The translations under genes were made by a program, and so were the position numbers. A DNA stretch of 24,476 bases from a virus (lineage: Duplodnaviria > Caudoviricetes): positions 1 to 24,476 of IMG/VR virus record IMGVR_UViG_3300038520_002765; one strand, 5' to 3'. Positions within the stretch are counted from its first letter, which is position 1; every line of letters begins with the position of its first letter. The notes under the pieces are model-generated. The model saw only the letters and a program-made list of their open reading frames with translations, had not been told where the DNA came from and did not search any database. Shown piece by piece: positions 8,932-17,370 of this stretch.

Positions 8932-11108
8932 TATCTTCTACCGTCTGGTCTAATATCAAATCTAAAACTTCCATATCTCCAACTCTCATCAAGACTCTCG
9001 TTTTCTATTTGAACAGCAGCAAGTCTAGCTCTAGCTCTAGTATCTACCTTTGATGTAGATGAAGAAATAGTAAAAGGTCCTAATGGACTTGAGGCTGCCG
9101 TTGAACCTTGAGGGAAAGAATTTAAAAATATTGTTACTTTAGCGTTCCCACTTATCCTTTTAAAATCTGGTAAAAATCTTCTTATACTTAAAATGAACTC
9201 ACCATCTCCAGGAACTCCCTGTCTGCCGTTAAGATCAAATTCTCCAGATTTAATAAATGCGGGAATAGCTGTAGATGTACCGTCTCCATTAGCTTGATTT
9301 ATTCCTACCTCATGAGCATAATAAATTGTAGCTCCATTAGAAACTCCACTTACCACTGGAAACGTAGGTGTATCTGAGGCTTGGAAGTCAGTAGCGTATG
9401 GCTTTTCATAGACAGTTGAACCAACCCAGGTTGTTCTGTCTAATGTTCCTGTTGTCCATACATTTTCATCATAATTATAAGTGACTACTTTGTCTATTAA
9501 AGTTGAATTAGCTGATGGATAAAACCAATTTATTTCTGAATATAATTCATTAATACCACCAAAAACTATTTTTCCAGAATCATAATTTAATCCAGGATTA
9601 TTACCTTCTGTGGTAAATACAAAATCTTCTACTAAGCAAGGCAAAGATTTAACTGTTCCATCATAAACATAAAATCCTCCTGTTTTTCCCATCCAATAAA
9701 CTGCTCCGTTTGCAAAAACTCCAGCATGTTGTCCCAAGAGACCATTATTAGATCCAACCTTTCTTATAGAAAAAGTAAAAGGTGGACCAACAAATTGCAT
9801 TTCATAAGAAGCAGTATCAGTTAAAACTAAAATGTAATCTTTACCTTTTATAGCACCGATAATCTCTGTTCCATCATCTAGCCTAAATGTTCCAGCAGTA
9901 TTTGTAGAAGTTGGTTCATAGACGTTTGTGGTTTCTTGATTAGAAAATCTAATAAACATTTTATCTTGTGTGCTAGATGTTCCGATGGTTGTCTCTGTGC
10001 CTAAATGAAATAAGTGTCGATCTCTATCTGATACAATCGTCATTACAGACTTAGTAGGCATACCTGTTCCAATGGTAGCCCTAGTGTTTAGAGCATTTGA
10101 AAGAGATGCATCCCAGGTAAAAGTTTCACCATTGTGAACGGTCGCTATTAGAATATTTCCGAAATTATCTAAAGACCAATTACCAGGATCGATTGTCACT
10201 GTGCTAGACGTAGAGGCATCGCCCCAACCTATATAGTCAGTTATATTTGTAACTGTTGAGCCATCAGTGTGATTAGCAGGCGTTGTTCCGTTTGCCCCTC
10301 TACCTAATGTTTGTAAAGTGTTACTGGATTTGCTAGCGTATGTTATGTCTTCAGATCCAATTCTTATAGTTCCTGAGTTAGGAAAATTTGTAGCATCAGT
10401 TAAAATGACCTGAGCTGTTGTTCCAGAAGCTAAAGTGCCTCCGTTATTCATAGTGGTAGTTGTTTGGGCGAATGTTCGTCCACCCCAAAAATAAGTTCCC
10501 CAACCGTAGCCAGCAGTCTGCTCTAAAGGTCCTACAACTACGTAAGGCCTTACGTCTAATGTACCATCATTAGTTACTCCTGATTTACTTTCACTCGAGG
10601 GCATTGTAATTGTGAAAGTGGTGATTGTAGGTACAGACTGAATTTCAAATAATTTATCGTCGAAGTCTGCGTCTGTAAAATCTGTATTTGCACCGGTAAA
10701 AGAACCAGCGTTAGCAAAGGTTACTATATCTCCTACCTCTAAGTTGTGTGCAGCAGAGGTTGTTATTGTGACAGTTGCAGATCCGTTTGTCGTTGTAATA
10801 TTTGCACCTGTGGAAAATTTATCTGTGTCTAAGGGTGTGATATCGTAAAAAGCACCATCAAAATATATTATTAAAACTTTACTTGTGCCTATTGCTGCAT
10901 ATTTTTTTCCTTCAGTGTTTGCCCAAACGTGTTGAGCACGAGCAGCTCCTACTAATTTTTCATTAACTAAAGCTGACCAACCACCAATTTTTTCAGGCTC
11001 CCCATATCTAAATCTAACATTATCACCATCTACCCATCTTCCCTCTGCATCTGCGGGTGTAGATTGTTTATCAAAACCAGGGGCTATTTTATATTTTGCT
11101 AAAGGCAT
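8931..11108 (-). CDS. Tail hub/nozzle (packaged-DNA stabilisation protein, P22 gp10 / T7 gp12-like) with inserted Thr-rich beta domains
   Basis: 725 aa: WVDGDNVRF...PEKIGGW, WSLDNFG, FIRFSNQE, AVYWMG..GFYVYDG, EINWFYPS, RARAR, PDGRR C-terminus. Beta-propeller-like, located between tail fibre and ejection genes. Confidence 0.75.
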   Translation of the reverse strand: MPLAKYKIAPGFDKQSTPADAEGRWVDGDNVRFRYGEPEKIGGWSALVNEKLVGAARAQHVWANTEGKKYAAIGTSKVLIIYFDGAFYDITPLDTDKFSTGANITTTNGSATVTITTSAAHNLEVGDIVTFANAGSFTGANTDFTDADFDDKLFEIQSVPTITTFTITMPSSESKSGVTNDGTLDVRPYVVVGPLEQTAGYGWGTYFWGGRTFAQTTTTMNNGGTLASGTTAQVILTDATNFPNSGTIRIGSEDITYASKSSNTLQTLGRGANGTTPANHTDGSTVTNITDYIGWGDASTSSTVTIDPGNWSLDNFGNILIATVHNGETFTWDASLSNALNTRATIGTGMPTKSVMTIVSDRDRHLFHLGTETTIGTSSTQDKMFIRFSNQETTNVYEPTSTNTAGTFRLDDGTEIIGAIKGKDYILVLTDTASYEMQFVGPPFTFSIRKVGSNNGLLGQHAGVFANGAVYWMGKTGGFYVYDGTVKSLPCLVEDFVFTTEGNNPGLNYDSGKIVFGGINELYSEINWFYPSANSTLIDKVVTYNYDENVWTTGTLDRTTWVGSTVYEKPYATDFQASDTPTFPVVSGVSNGATIYYAHEVGINQANGDGTSTAIPAFIKSGEFDLNGRQGVPGDGEFILSIRRFLPDFKRISGNAKVTIFLNSFPQGSTAASSPLGPFTISSSTSKVDTRARARLAAVQIENESLDESWRYGSFRFDIRPDGRR

Positions 11109-11113
11109 GAGGT

Positions 11114-11142
11114 ATTATACCAAAAAATATTGATAGATGTAA
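11114..11142 (-). promoter_or_regulatory. Extended -10 promoter, probably giving a leaderless mRNA for the tail hub gene
   Basis: TTACAT-17 nt-TATAAT with TG at the extended -10 position; ATG follows 5 nt later; no SD. Confidence 0.55.
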
Positions 11143-11143
11143 C

Positions 11144-11674
11144 TTAGGCAAAGCTAGGTTTTATAAAGGCATTCCAGCTAAGGAGATATTTAGGTTTTCC
11201 GCTAATATTTCTTTCACAATAATGAGTGAGATTAGATGAGAATATAGCAAAGGACCCCTTTGAACTATCTACTGTTTCATCAATGTCTTGAAATTTTAAA
11301 GGCTGATCATGATCATTGAGATACAATACAAAAGAAAGATAAGCAGGTGCATGGTCGTGTGGTTTAGTTCTATCAAACTTTCTGTGTCTCACACCCCAAG
11401 CCTCCTTAATATCTAATGACCTAGATTCTTTATTATCAAGAATATTTATTATGGGAACAATAGTTTCATAAAATTTTTCATCTCCTAGAAAATATTTCCA
11501 ATCAGTCATACCAGCAACAACATTAGTTCTATAGTTTCTGTTATTATCCGAGTCTACTCCATCATCAATTTTTTTAATAAAATAATCTGAATCTACATCT
11601 ATTTTACCTTTTACAAATAAATGTTTTATTTCTCTATAGAAAGTGTAATCTTTAATTATTTGCATATACCCCAA
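11144..11674 (-). CDS. Putative 2OG-Fe(II) oxygenase (TIGR02466 / PF13759-like)
   Basis: EAWGV...KPHDH...SFVLYL...IFSSNLTH...KYLLSWN; start may be the Met at 11665. Confidence 0.75.
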   Translation of the reverse strand: MGYMQIIKDYTFYREIKHLFVKGKIDVDSDYFIKKIDDGVDSDNNRNYRTNVVAGMTDWKYFLGDEKFYETIVPIINILDNKESRSLDIKEAWGVRHRKFDRTKPHDHAPAYLSFVLYLNDHDQPLKFQDIDETVDSSKGSFAIFSSNLTHYCERNISGKPKYLLSWNAFIKPSFA

Positions 11675-12258
11675 TTAGCAGCTACTGATATTCTCTCTAC
11701 CTTACTTTTAAATGGCCAAACAAAATGTTTTAAAGTTCCAGGAAAAACAAATAAATCACCTTCTTCTGGTCTGAATGTCCTCTCATTTATTATATAAGGA
11801 GAATCATTATTATCCGGATGTGTGAATGTTAAACATCCTGCACCTCCATTTTTAAAATTACCTTTGTACTTTTCTCTTTCAATTTTGAGATCGTCAGGCA
11901 CTTGTAAAAATAAAACGCTAGATAGAAAAGTAGGATGCATGTGTTCAGGATTAAAATCACCATCTTTCATATAGTTTACCCAAGCATCATTAATTTTAAA
12001 CTTTGGTGTGTCAAATCCATAATAGTTGTAAAAAGCAACTTTGAATTTTATTAAGTAATCACTAATTATCTCATCATACTTGTTATGATTTATTTGAAAT
12101 TGACTATCAAAATCCCCCACCAAAAACTTACTATAATCTAGTTTAGTGTTTTTGTGACAAAGGTCTTTCACTTTGTTTAGATGTTCCTCTTTTACAGATG
12201 TTTTAAATAAAATTGAACCCCAATAAAAAACTTCATCTTTATTTTGTTTTAACTTCAT
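11656..12258 (-). CDS. Putative 2OG-Fe(II) oxygenase (TIGR02466 / PF13759-like)
   Basis: AWVNYMKDGDFNPEHMH...LSSVLFL...PEEGDLFVFPGTLKHFVWPF...RISVAAN. Confidence 0.88.
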   Translation of the reverse strand: MKLKQNKDEVFYWGSILFKTSVKEEHLNKVKDLCHKNTKLDYSKFLVGDFDSQFQINHNKYDEIISDYLIKFKVAFYNYYGFDTPKFKINDAWVNYMKDGDFNPEHMHPTFLSSVLFLQVPDDLKIEREKYKGNFKNGGAGCLTFTHPDNNDSPYIINERTFRPEEGDLFVFPGTLKHFVWPFKSKVERISVAANWGICK

Positions 12259-12454
12259 CGTGTGGATTATTAAATGTTTTTTTTACTTTATCATCAAATC
12301 TACTTTGAAAGTTTACAAGTATTCCGAATAAATTATTACAGAAATGCTTCATAAATAAATCAGTAAATATTAATTTACCTTTTAACAAAATAGTTATTCT
12401 TTCTCTCCAAGTAAATATAATTTTTGAGTTATCTTTTTCATATGAAAATCTCAT
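12239..12454 (-). CDS. Hypothetical protein within the oxygenase cluster
   Basis: 71 aa; ATGA-coupled to the upstream gene and overlapping the downstream start. Confidence 0.65.
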   Translation of the reverse strand: MRFSYEKDNSKIIFTWRERITILLKGKLIFTDLFMKHFCNNLFGILVNFQSRFDDKVKKTFNNPHDEVKTK

Positions 12455-13014
12455 TTTGATCTCCTCCTTTCATTTGCAGGCATGCCTAAATAAGGTCTTG
12501 TGTCATAAATAAAATCTTTGTTTTTCCCATTTTTGTCAACGTAATGTAAAAAAACTTGAGCATGATAATCACCTTTGTAAGCTTCTGGTCTTCCATGTTT
12601 CAAATCACAACCCTTATAAATTACCGCATCTCCTGGTTTTTGCATTATTGAATTTTCTCCAGCTATAAAAGGCCATGGAGTTTTATCAGAATCAATCATT
12701 ACACTAACACTGAATTCACAAGATGGCCTATCTGAGTGCATTTTCAAAGTTGCGGTATTGGTATACATTCTCCAATAACTATATGTAGGCACAAGTTCTT
12801 TGTCGCAAATATCATTCATAATCTTATTCTTAGAAACCATTAAAGATTCAAAAACAGGATCTCCATAAAGTGCTGTATCATAATTCATAACAGGATCAAA
12901 GTTAGAAGTATTAAATCTATGTGTTAATTTTGTATAGTTTTTTAAAAGTTTAATTTCACTTTGATCTAAAAAATTTTCTACAACTACATATAAATTATTA
13001 TTTAATTTATTCAT
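12451..13014 (-). CDS. 2OG-Fe(II) oxygenase-like protein
   Basis: PTYSYWRMY...LKMHSDRPSCEFSVS...PGDAVIYKGCDLKHGR...QVFLHYV. Start moved to 13014 because of the TAATG overlap. Confidence 0.8.
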   Translation of the reverse strand: MNKLNNNLYVVVENFLDQSEIKLLKNYTKLTHRFNTSNFDPVMNYDTALYGDPVFESLMVSKNKIMNDICDKELVPTYSYWRMYTNTATLKMHSDRPSCEFSVSVMIDSDKTPWPFIAGENSIMQKPGDAVIYKGCDLKHGRPEAYKGDYHAQVFLHYVDKNGKNKDFIYDTRPYLGMPANERRRSK

Positions 13015-13475
13015 TAATGCGACCACCCCACTATACTAAATCGTTTTCCACCTTCAACAACATTTACTTTATGAGGAAATAAAAAATTACTTGGCCAAAC
13101 TATTAGTCTTCCAGGTTTTGTTTCTATTTTATATTCTTCGTCAAACTTGGGATTATTAAACACTAATTCCCCACCCTTATAATCATTATTAAGTAAAAGA
13201 ATTAAACTAAATTGTCTCGGATGTAAGTGGAAGAAATCTGTATGATAAACATAATGTCCTCCCTCATCATATTTGAGAGCATTTAATTCCATAATTTTGC
13301 CTGGCGATATGTCATGTGCGCCTTGATGAACAGTTTCAAAAATATATTTTTGCACTGTATTTATGAATATGTGTTTTAAAAAATTATGCCATTTAATTTG
13401 TGTCATTGTTAATGAGCTTACAGTTTCTAAAGGTAAAATGTTATCATATAATCCAATGTATCTTTTTAAAGCCAC
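13014..13475 (-). CDS. 2OG-Fe(II) oxygenase, prolyl-4-hydroxylase-like (N-terminal part appears shortened)
   Basis: LKYDEGGHYVYHTD...LLLNNDYKGGELVF...GRLIVWPSNFLFPHKVNVVEGGKRFSIVGW; GTG start. Confidence 0.85.
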   Translation of the reverse strand: MALKRYIGLYDNILPLETVSSLTMTQIKWHNFLKHIFINTVQKYIFETVHQGAHDISPGKIMELNALKYDEGGHYVYHTDFFHLHPRQFSLILLLNNDYKGGELVFNNPKFDEEYKIETKPGRLIVWPSNFLFPHKVNVVEGGKRFSIVGWSH

Positions 13476-14212
13476 GTTTTTTTACTCCAAAATTTATCTT
13501 TATAACTATTTATAAACTGAGAAAACAAACTAACAATGTTTTGTTTAAACTCGTTTTCCTTCAAAGGCTTAATACTCATTTGCCAAGCGTCTCTTTTAAA
13601 AGGAATTACTTGAGCTATGATAGTACCTTTTTTTATAATAGTATTCAATTCATTATATTTATCAGTATTTACTACAAAAGGAAAATGCACAGGTAGATTA
13701 TATGTATCAGTATCCACTATACCTGTAACAATCTCAAATCTATCGTCCCTATTATTAAAAGGAGCTGTGAATAAACATGAATAACCAGGTGGTGTTTCGA
13801 TTATCCATGGATTTACAAATTTATGTAATGGTAAATTTTTATTTTTCTCAAGCATTGGACTCCCTTCAACTTGATAAGGTTCTTGAACTTCTATTCTATA
13901 ATTTACAGATAAGTTTAAATCCTCAGCTGCCTTATCTGCAGATGACATAGAACTTGTTTGACTACCATCTCTTAGTCCAGTTTTAGGATTTATTACATTA
14001 TGTTTTATTTCTAAATCAGTAGGCAGTTTTATCAAATATCCAGATGTTAATGAATCTAAAAATGGTATACAACCTTTAGCCGTTCTTGTCTGTGCTGTGT
14101 GTTTTAATTTTTTAAACCACTCTGGTATGTTTTTTTTGGCTGGTATTGGAAGTTCTAACTTTGCATCTAAATAATTTTGCTCAGTTTTAAATACAATATT
14201 TTTATAAAACAT
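13466..14212 (-). CDS. DUF6065-like protein (dUTPase-like beta fold) heading the oxygenase cluster
   Basis: KGCIPFLD..SGY, NPWIIETPPGYSCLF, GIVDTD, IKKGTIIAQVIPFKR; family assignment is from recall. Confidence 0.6.
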   Translation of the reverse strand: MFYKNIVFKTEQNYLDAKLELPIPAKKNIPEWFKKLKHTAQTRTAKGCIPFLDSLTSGYLIKLPTDLEIKHNVINPKTGLRDGSQTSSMSSADKAAEDLNLSVNYRIEVQEPYQVEGSPMLEKNKNLPLHKFVNPWIIETPPGYSCLFTAPFNNRDDRFEIVTGIVDTDTYNLPVHFPFVVNTDKYNELNTIIKKGTIIAQVIPFKRDAWQMSIKPLKENEFKQNIVSLFSQFINSYKDKFWSKKTWL

Positions 14213-14218
14213 TGCACT

Positions 14219-14246
14219 TCTATATCACAAATATAAATTAAGTAAA
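14219..14246 (-). promoter_or_regulatory. Candidate leaderless promoter for the DUF6065/oxygenase cassette
   Basis: TTTACT-16 nt-TATAGA with TG at the extended -10 position, 6 nt before the ATG at 14212; no SD. Confidence 0.35.
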
Positions 14247-14250
14247 TGAA

Positions 14251-14697
14251 TTACGGAAGCTCAAATCTCGAAACCACAGTATGTCCTGCAGCTTCCATAA
14301 CTTGTTCAACTGTTTGAGTAGTTGGATAAGTTACTGAATCTAAATCAAAATCCACCATAGCATCATAATAATTTTGTAATTTATTTATCTCTGTTAGATT
14401 TGGTCTTGTTCTTATTACTGCTCTAAATTTTGCTCTTACTCCCATCCAATCTTCTTTAAATTGATCTCTATTTTGAGCTTTTTTAACTGTGTCTCCACCC
14501 CAAGTTATTTCTTTTGAACTAGGGTCTATTGAAAAAGGATAGATATCATACATTTTTATTTTTGCCCACTCATCGTCCGTGATATCTTTTGAAATGTAAT
14601 GAACATCATTATCCCAACCATACTCGCTTTTTATAGCCTCTGTTTGAGCCACTCCATGAAATGTATTATCTTCTTTTTTAAAAATTGCTATAGCCAT
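14251..14697 (-). CDS. Probable tail fibre assembly/chaperone protein
   Basis: 148-aa acidic protein starting 2 nt after the tail fibre stop; positional inference only. Confidence 0.45.
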   Translation of the reverse strand: MAIAIFKKEDNTFHGVAQTEAIKSEYGWDNDVHYISKDITDDEWAKIKMYDIYPFSIDPSSKEITWGGDTVKKAQNRDQFKEDWMGVRAKFRAVIRTRPNLTEINKLQNYYDAMVDFDLDSVTYPTTQTVEQVMEAAGHTVVSRFELP

Positions 14698-14699
14698 AA

Positions 14700-15923
14700 T
14701 TAATCCAATATGTTTTCGTATAAAACTAAAAATCCTTGTTGGTTTAAGCCCTCAGATGGTGTGCCATTACCATAACTAAAAAATCCATTTCTAGACATAT
14801 CAATCGCTGCAGGGCCAGGAGTAACTGAGTTTTGAGCACCCGATCCACTACTTCCACCACTTCCTCCTGGTGCAGAAATTGGTGATGGACTCAATGAAGT
14901 TGCTCCACCAGTTTGACCTGATTGACCATTTTGATTACCACTACTTCCTACTCCGCCTACACTAAAAGGGTGTGGGCCGAAAGGTTGTGAGATTGGAAAA
15001 AAGAAAAATCCAGCAGCTCCATCTCCACCATCTCTAGCTGCACCTGAGTTAGTTGTTCCTCGTCCACCTCCAGCGCCTCCTGCATAAGCCGTAATTATGC
15101 TTGTGTTTGGATTAGCTGTAAAGTTCCCTGATGCAGGTCCTTGTGATGCAAGAGTAACTTGAAATAAAGGAGATCCAGCTGATCCTGTAGACGCAGCTGT
15201 CAATCTTCCGTCCTCATCAACTGTAATGTTTGCCGTCGTGTAAGTTCCAGCAGTGACTGCAGTAGATTGTAATTGTGAAGGTCCTACTGAATTAGCAGCT
15301 AATTTAGTTTGTGTTACGTTTGATTGTAAAATTTGTGCTGTCCCTACTGCGTTTGTAGCAAGTTTGGTTTGTGTAACATTAGACTGAAGTATTTGTGCAG
15401 TACCAACTGAATTGGTTGCCATTTTAGTTTGTGTAACATTTGACTGAAGAATTTTTGCAGTTGTTACAGCGTCTGTTGCGATCTGTGCAGCAGCAACAGT
15501 TCCGCCTAAAGTATCTAATGATATTTCTTTTAAATTTGTTCCATCTGAATAAGCTGCAAAGATAGCTGCTCTGTCAGGAGAAAATCCTGTTCCTGATGCA
15601 GTTTTGATTGTTAAATTTGATGGATTAGTTAATCCAGTACAATCAAAAATATAATATTTTTCTATGCTGTCAGGTATAGTACATACTGTGCTTGCTGCGA
15701 TTGATGCCGTAGCAAATTTTATAACCATGTTTCTAGCATTAGATAAAGTTGCATCTGACATAACTAACGCTAAAGTACCACCACTAGAAAGTGTTACTTG
15801 TTCGAAACCTGCGATAGCTTGTTGAATTAAATTTAAATTTGTATTTGTTTTATCACCCCAAGTACCAGCGTTTTGGCCGGTTACCATTAATTCCAATTTA
15901 AGATCTGACGAAAAACTAGACAT
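14700..15923 (-). CDS. Tail fibre / receptor-binding protein with Gly-rich C-terminal domain
   Basis: Anchor-like N-terminus (LKLELMVTGQNAGTWGDKTNTNL), repeat shaft, VTAGTY..ITVDEDGRLTAA fibre motif, polyglycine-type tip ending GFLVLYE. Confidence 0.8.
   Translation of the reverse strand: MSSFSSDLKLELMVTGQNAGTWGDKTNTNLNLIQQAIAGFEQVTLSSGGTLALVMSDATLSNARNMVIKFATASIAASTVCTIPDSIEKYYIFDCTGLTNPSNLTIKTASGTGFSPDRAAIFAAYSDGTNLKEISLDTLGGTVAAAQIATDAVTTAKILQSNVTQTKMATNSVGTAQILQSNVTQTKLATNAVGTAQILQSNVTQTKLAANSVGPSQLQSTAVTAGTYTTANITVDEDGRLTAASTGSAGSPLFQVTLASQGPASGNFTANPNTSIITAYAGGAGGGRGTTNSGAARDGGDGAAGFFFFPISQPFGPHPFSVGGVGSSGNQNGQSGQTGGATSLSPSPISAPGGSGGSSGSGAQNSVTPGPAAIDMSRNGFFSYGNGTPSEGLNQQGFLVLYENILD
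15268..15487 (-). repeat. Coding tandem repeat, 60-nt period (about 3.5 copies) in the tail fibre shaft
   Basis: ILQSNVTQTK occurs three times exactly 60 nt apart (15303-15332, 15363-15392, 15423-15452), with a 10-aa sub-period. Confidence 0.9.
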
Positions 15924-15932
15924 ATATCTCCT

Positions 15933-15961
15933 ATATTAACTTAATTAAGCTGCTCTATCAA
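15933..15961 (-). promoter_or_regulatory. Sigma70-type promoter for the tail fibre gene, -35 embedded in the upstream CDS
   Basis: TTGATA (15961-15956)-17 nt-TAATAT (15938-15933), followed by AGGAGATAT-ATG. Confidence 0.5.
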
Positions 15962-16841
15962 CCTCAGTCCAAACATTATTTACACCGGGATCTATCTCAG
16001 CCCATGCCGTAATATTAACGTTGCCAATTGTAGCTGTCAAGCCTATACCACTCGGATCAACTTGCGCTCCAGCAGTAACAGTTGTTGATCCAACAGCAGA
16101 TGTCAATGATAACCCAGAAACACCAATTATTTGACCTGGTATTTCTACTGGCGTTCCTAAAGATAATGCAAGGGCTTGACTTTGAGTTATTGTTTCTACG
16201 GTTGATTGTTGTAAACTAATAGATCCTAATGTTAAGGACGCTGCAATTCCTGTAACAGGAACGTCTAATTTTAATCCAGCTACAGTATTTCCAACTGAAC
16301 CTGTTAGTAAACCTGCTGTTGCCGGAGACTCTACTGTTGTTTGACTTAAACTTTGTGAACCTTGTGATAGAGTCATTGCGTCTTCGCCAACAAAAACGAA
16401 AACACTTGAATCTATTTGTATAGAATTTAAACCTTGAGTAATTGTTAAAAGATCTAAACCTGAAACGGAAACAGAAACATCAATACTTGGACTTGCGTTT
16501 CCGATGCTTAAAGTAGCTGCTTGTCCAGTAACTTCAGCTGAGTAAGTTTCACCCCAAGCTCGGTTACCCCAGCCACCTCGGCCCCAACCTATTTCAACTA
16601 AACCTTCTGCTGTGACTGAACCTAAACTTGAAGTTAGTCCTTGACCTTGTGCGAACACATCGCCTGTAATTCCCCAAGCTCCTGTATTCCAAGCTGGTCT
16701 TCCCCAACCTTCACCTGCACCAGCAAAACCTGCTGGGGCTATGGATGTTGTGACTGAAACTCCTGTAACTTGAACAGATGTGCTTGAAGTATCGCCCCAA
16801 ACACCTTGGTTCCAGGTTAAAGCTCCCCATGTATTAGCCAT
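15945..16841 (-). CDS. Virion structural protein with Trp-Gly repeats and Ser/Thr/Gly-rich beta repeats
   Basis: TWGALTWNQGVWG, GWGRPAWNTGAWG, GWGRGGWGNRAWG plus repeated V[TS]G..[LA]T.S[LV]G units; located in the tail module. Confidence 0.65.
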   Translation of the reverse strand: MANTWGALTWNQGVWGDTSSTSVQVTGVSVTTSIAPAGFAGAGEGWGRPAWNTGAWGITGDVFAQGQGLTSSLGSVTAEGLVEIGWGRGGWGNRAWGETYSAEVTGQAATLSIGNASPSIDVSVSVSGLDLLTITQGLNSIQIDSSVFVFVGEDAMTLSQGSQSLSQTTVESPATAGLLTGSVGNTVAGLKLDVPVTGIAASLTLGSISLQQSTVETITQSQALALSLGTPVEIPGQIIGVSGLSLTSAVGSTTVTAGAQVDPSGIGLTATIGNVNITAWAEIDPGVNNVWTEVDRAA

Positions 16842-16896
16842 GAAGAACTCCTAACGGAGAACCCGCTATGTAAAACAAATTAGTAATGTTTGCCAC
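16834..16896 (-). CDS. 20-aa micro-ORF MANITNLFYIAGSPLGVLHG (missed by ORF track)
   Basis: Perfect SD AAGGAGGT (16911-16904) 7 nt before GTG; stop overlaps the start of the next gene. Confidence 0.55.
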   Translation of the reverse strand: MANITNLFYIAGSPLGVLHG

Positions 16897-16916
16897 AGCA
16901 GGCACCTCCTTTTAAA

Positions 16917-17357
16917 TTATGCGATTCTTAATATTGCTGCGCTCGTTGTAAATGCTGGAAACTGAATTGTAAAAGTTCCTGCAGTTGCAGTTTTATCACC
17001 GCCAAAATCTAATACTGCTACTCCTGGATCACCTGTTGCAGTGTCGTTATAAATTAATGCGCCTCTTGCAGTTAAAGTTACTCCAACGAAAGACAAGTCA
17101 GCAAAATCTGTTATTGCCGTATTCGTTGCTAAAGATGTTCCTGTATTCACAAGTGCTTTACCACCAGAAGAGTATCCACCTGAAGGTGAAGACACCTGTC
17201 CGCCAGTAGTAAAAGATGTTGTCGATTTTCCTAATGCAGCCGAGTTAGTATACATTGCTAACTTGAATGTATTACCACCTGGGTTGCTAAAGTTATGTGT
17301 AGCTTCCAAAAGTTCTTTTTTGAAAGAATTACAAATTGCGTTAGTTGTTATTGCCAT
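16917..17357 (-). CDS. Virion structural (tail-associated) protein
   Basis: 146 aa: NSFKKELL..HNF..FKLAMY...TARGALIYN...VLDFGGDKT..GTFTIQFP; AGGAGA SD. Confidence 0.7.
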   Translation of the reverse strand: MAITTNAICNSFKKELLEATHNFSNPGGNTFKLAMYTNSAALGKSTTSFTTGGQVSSPSGGYSSGGKALVNTGTSLATNTAITDFADLSFVGVTLTARGALIYNDTATGDPGVAVLDFGGDKTATAGTFTIQFPAFTTSAAILRIA

Positions 17358-17370
17358 GTTATCTCCTATA

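Noticed and set aside
14700-15200. Diversity-generating retroelement target at the fibre tip
   Set aside because: No reverse transcriptase and no template/variable repeat pair seen in the window.
15268-15487. 60-nt periodic repeat as a CRISPR-like or non-coding array
   Set aside because: In-frame coding repeat with third-position variation, no unique spacers, no cas genes.
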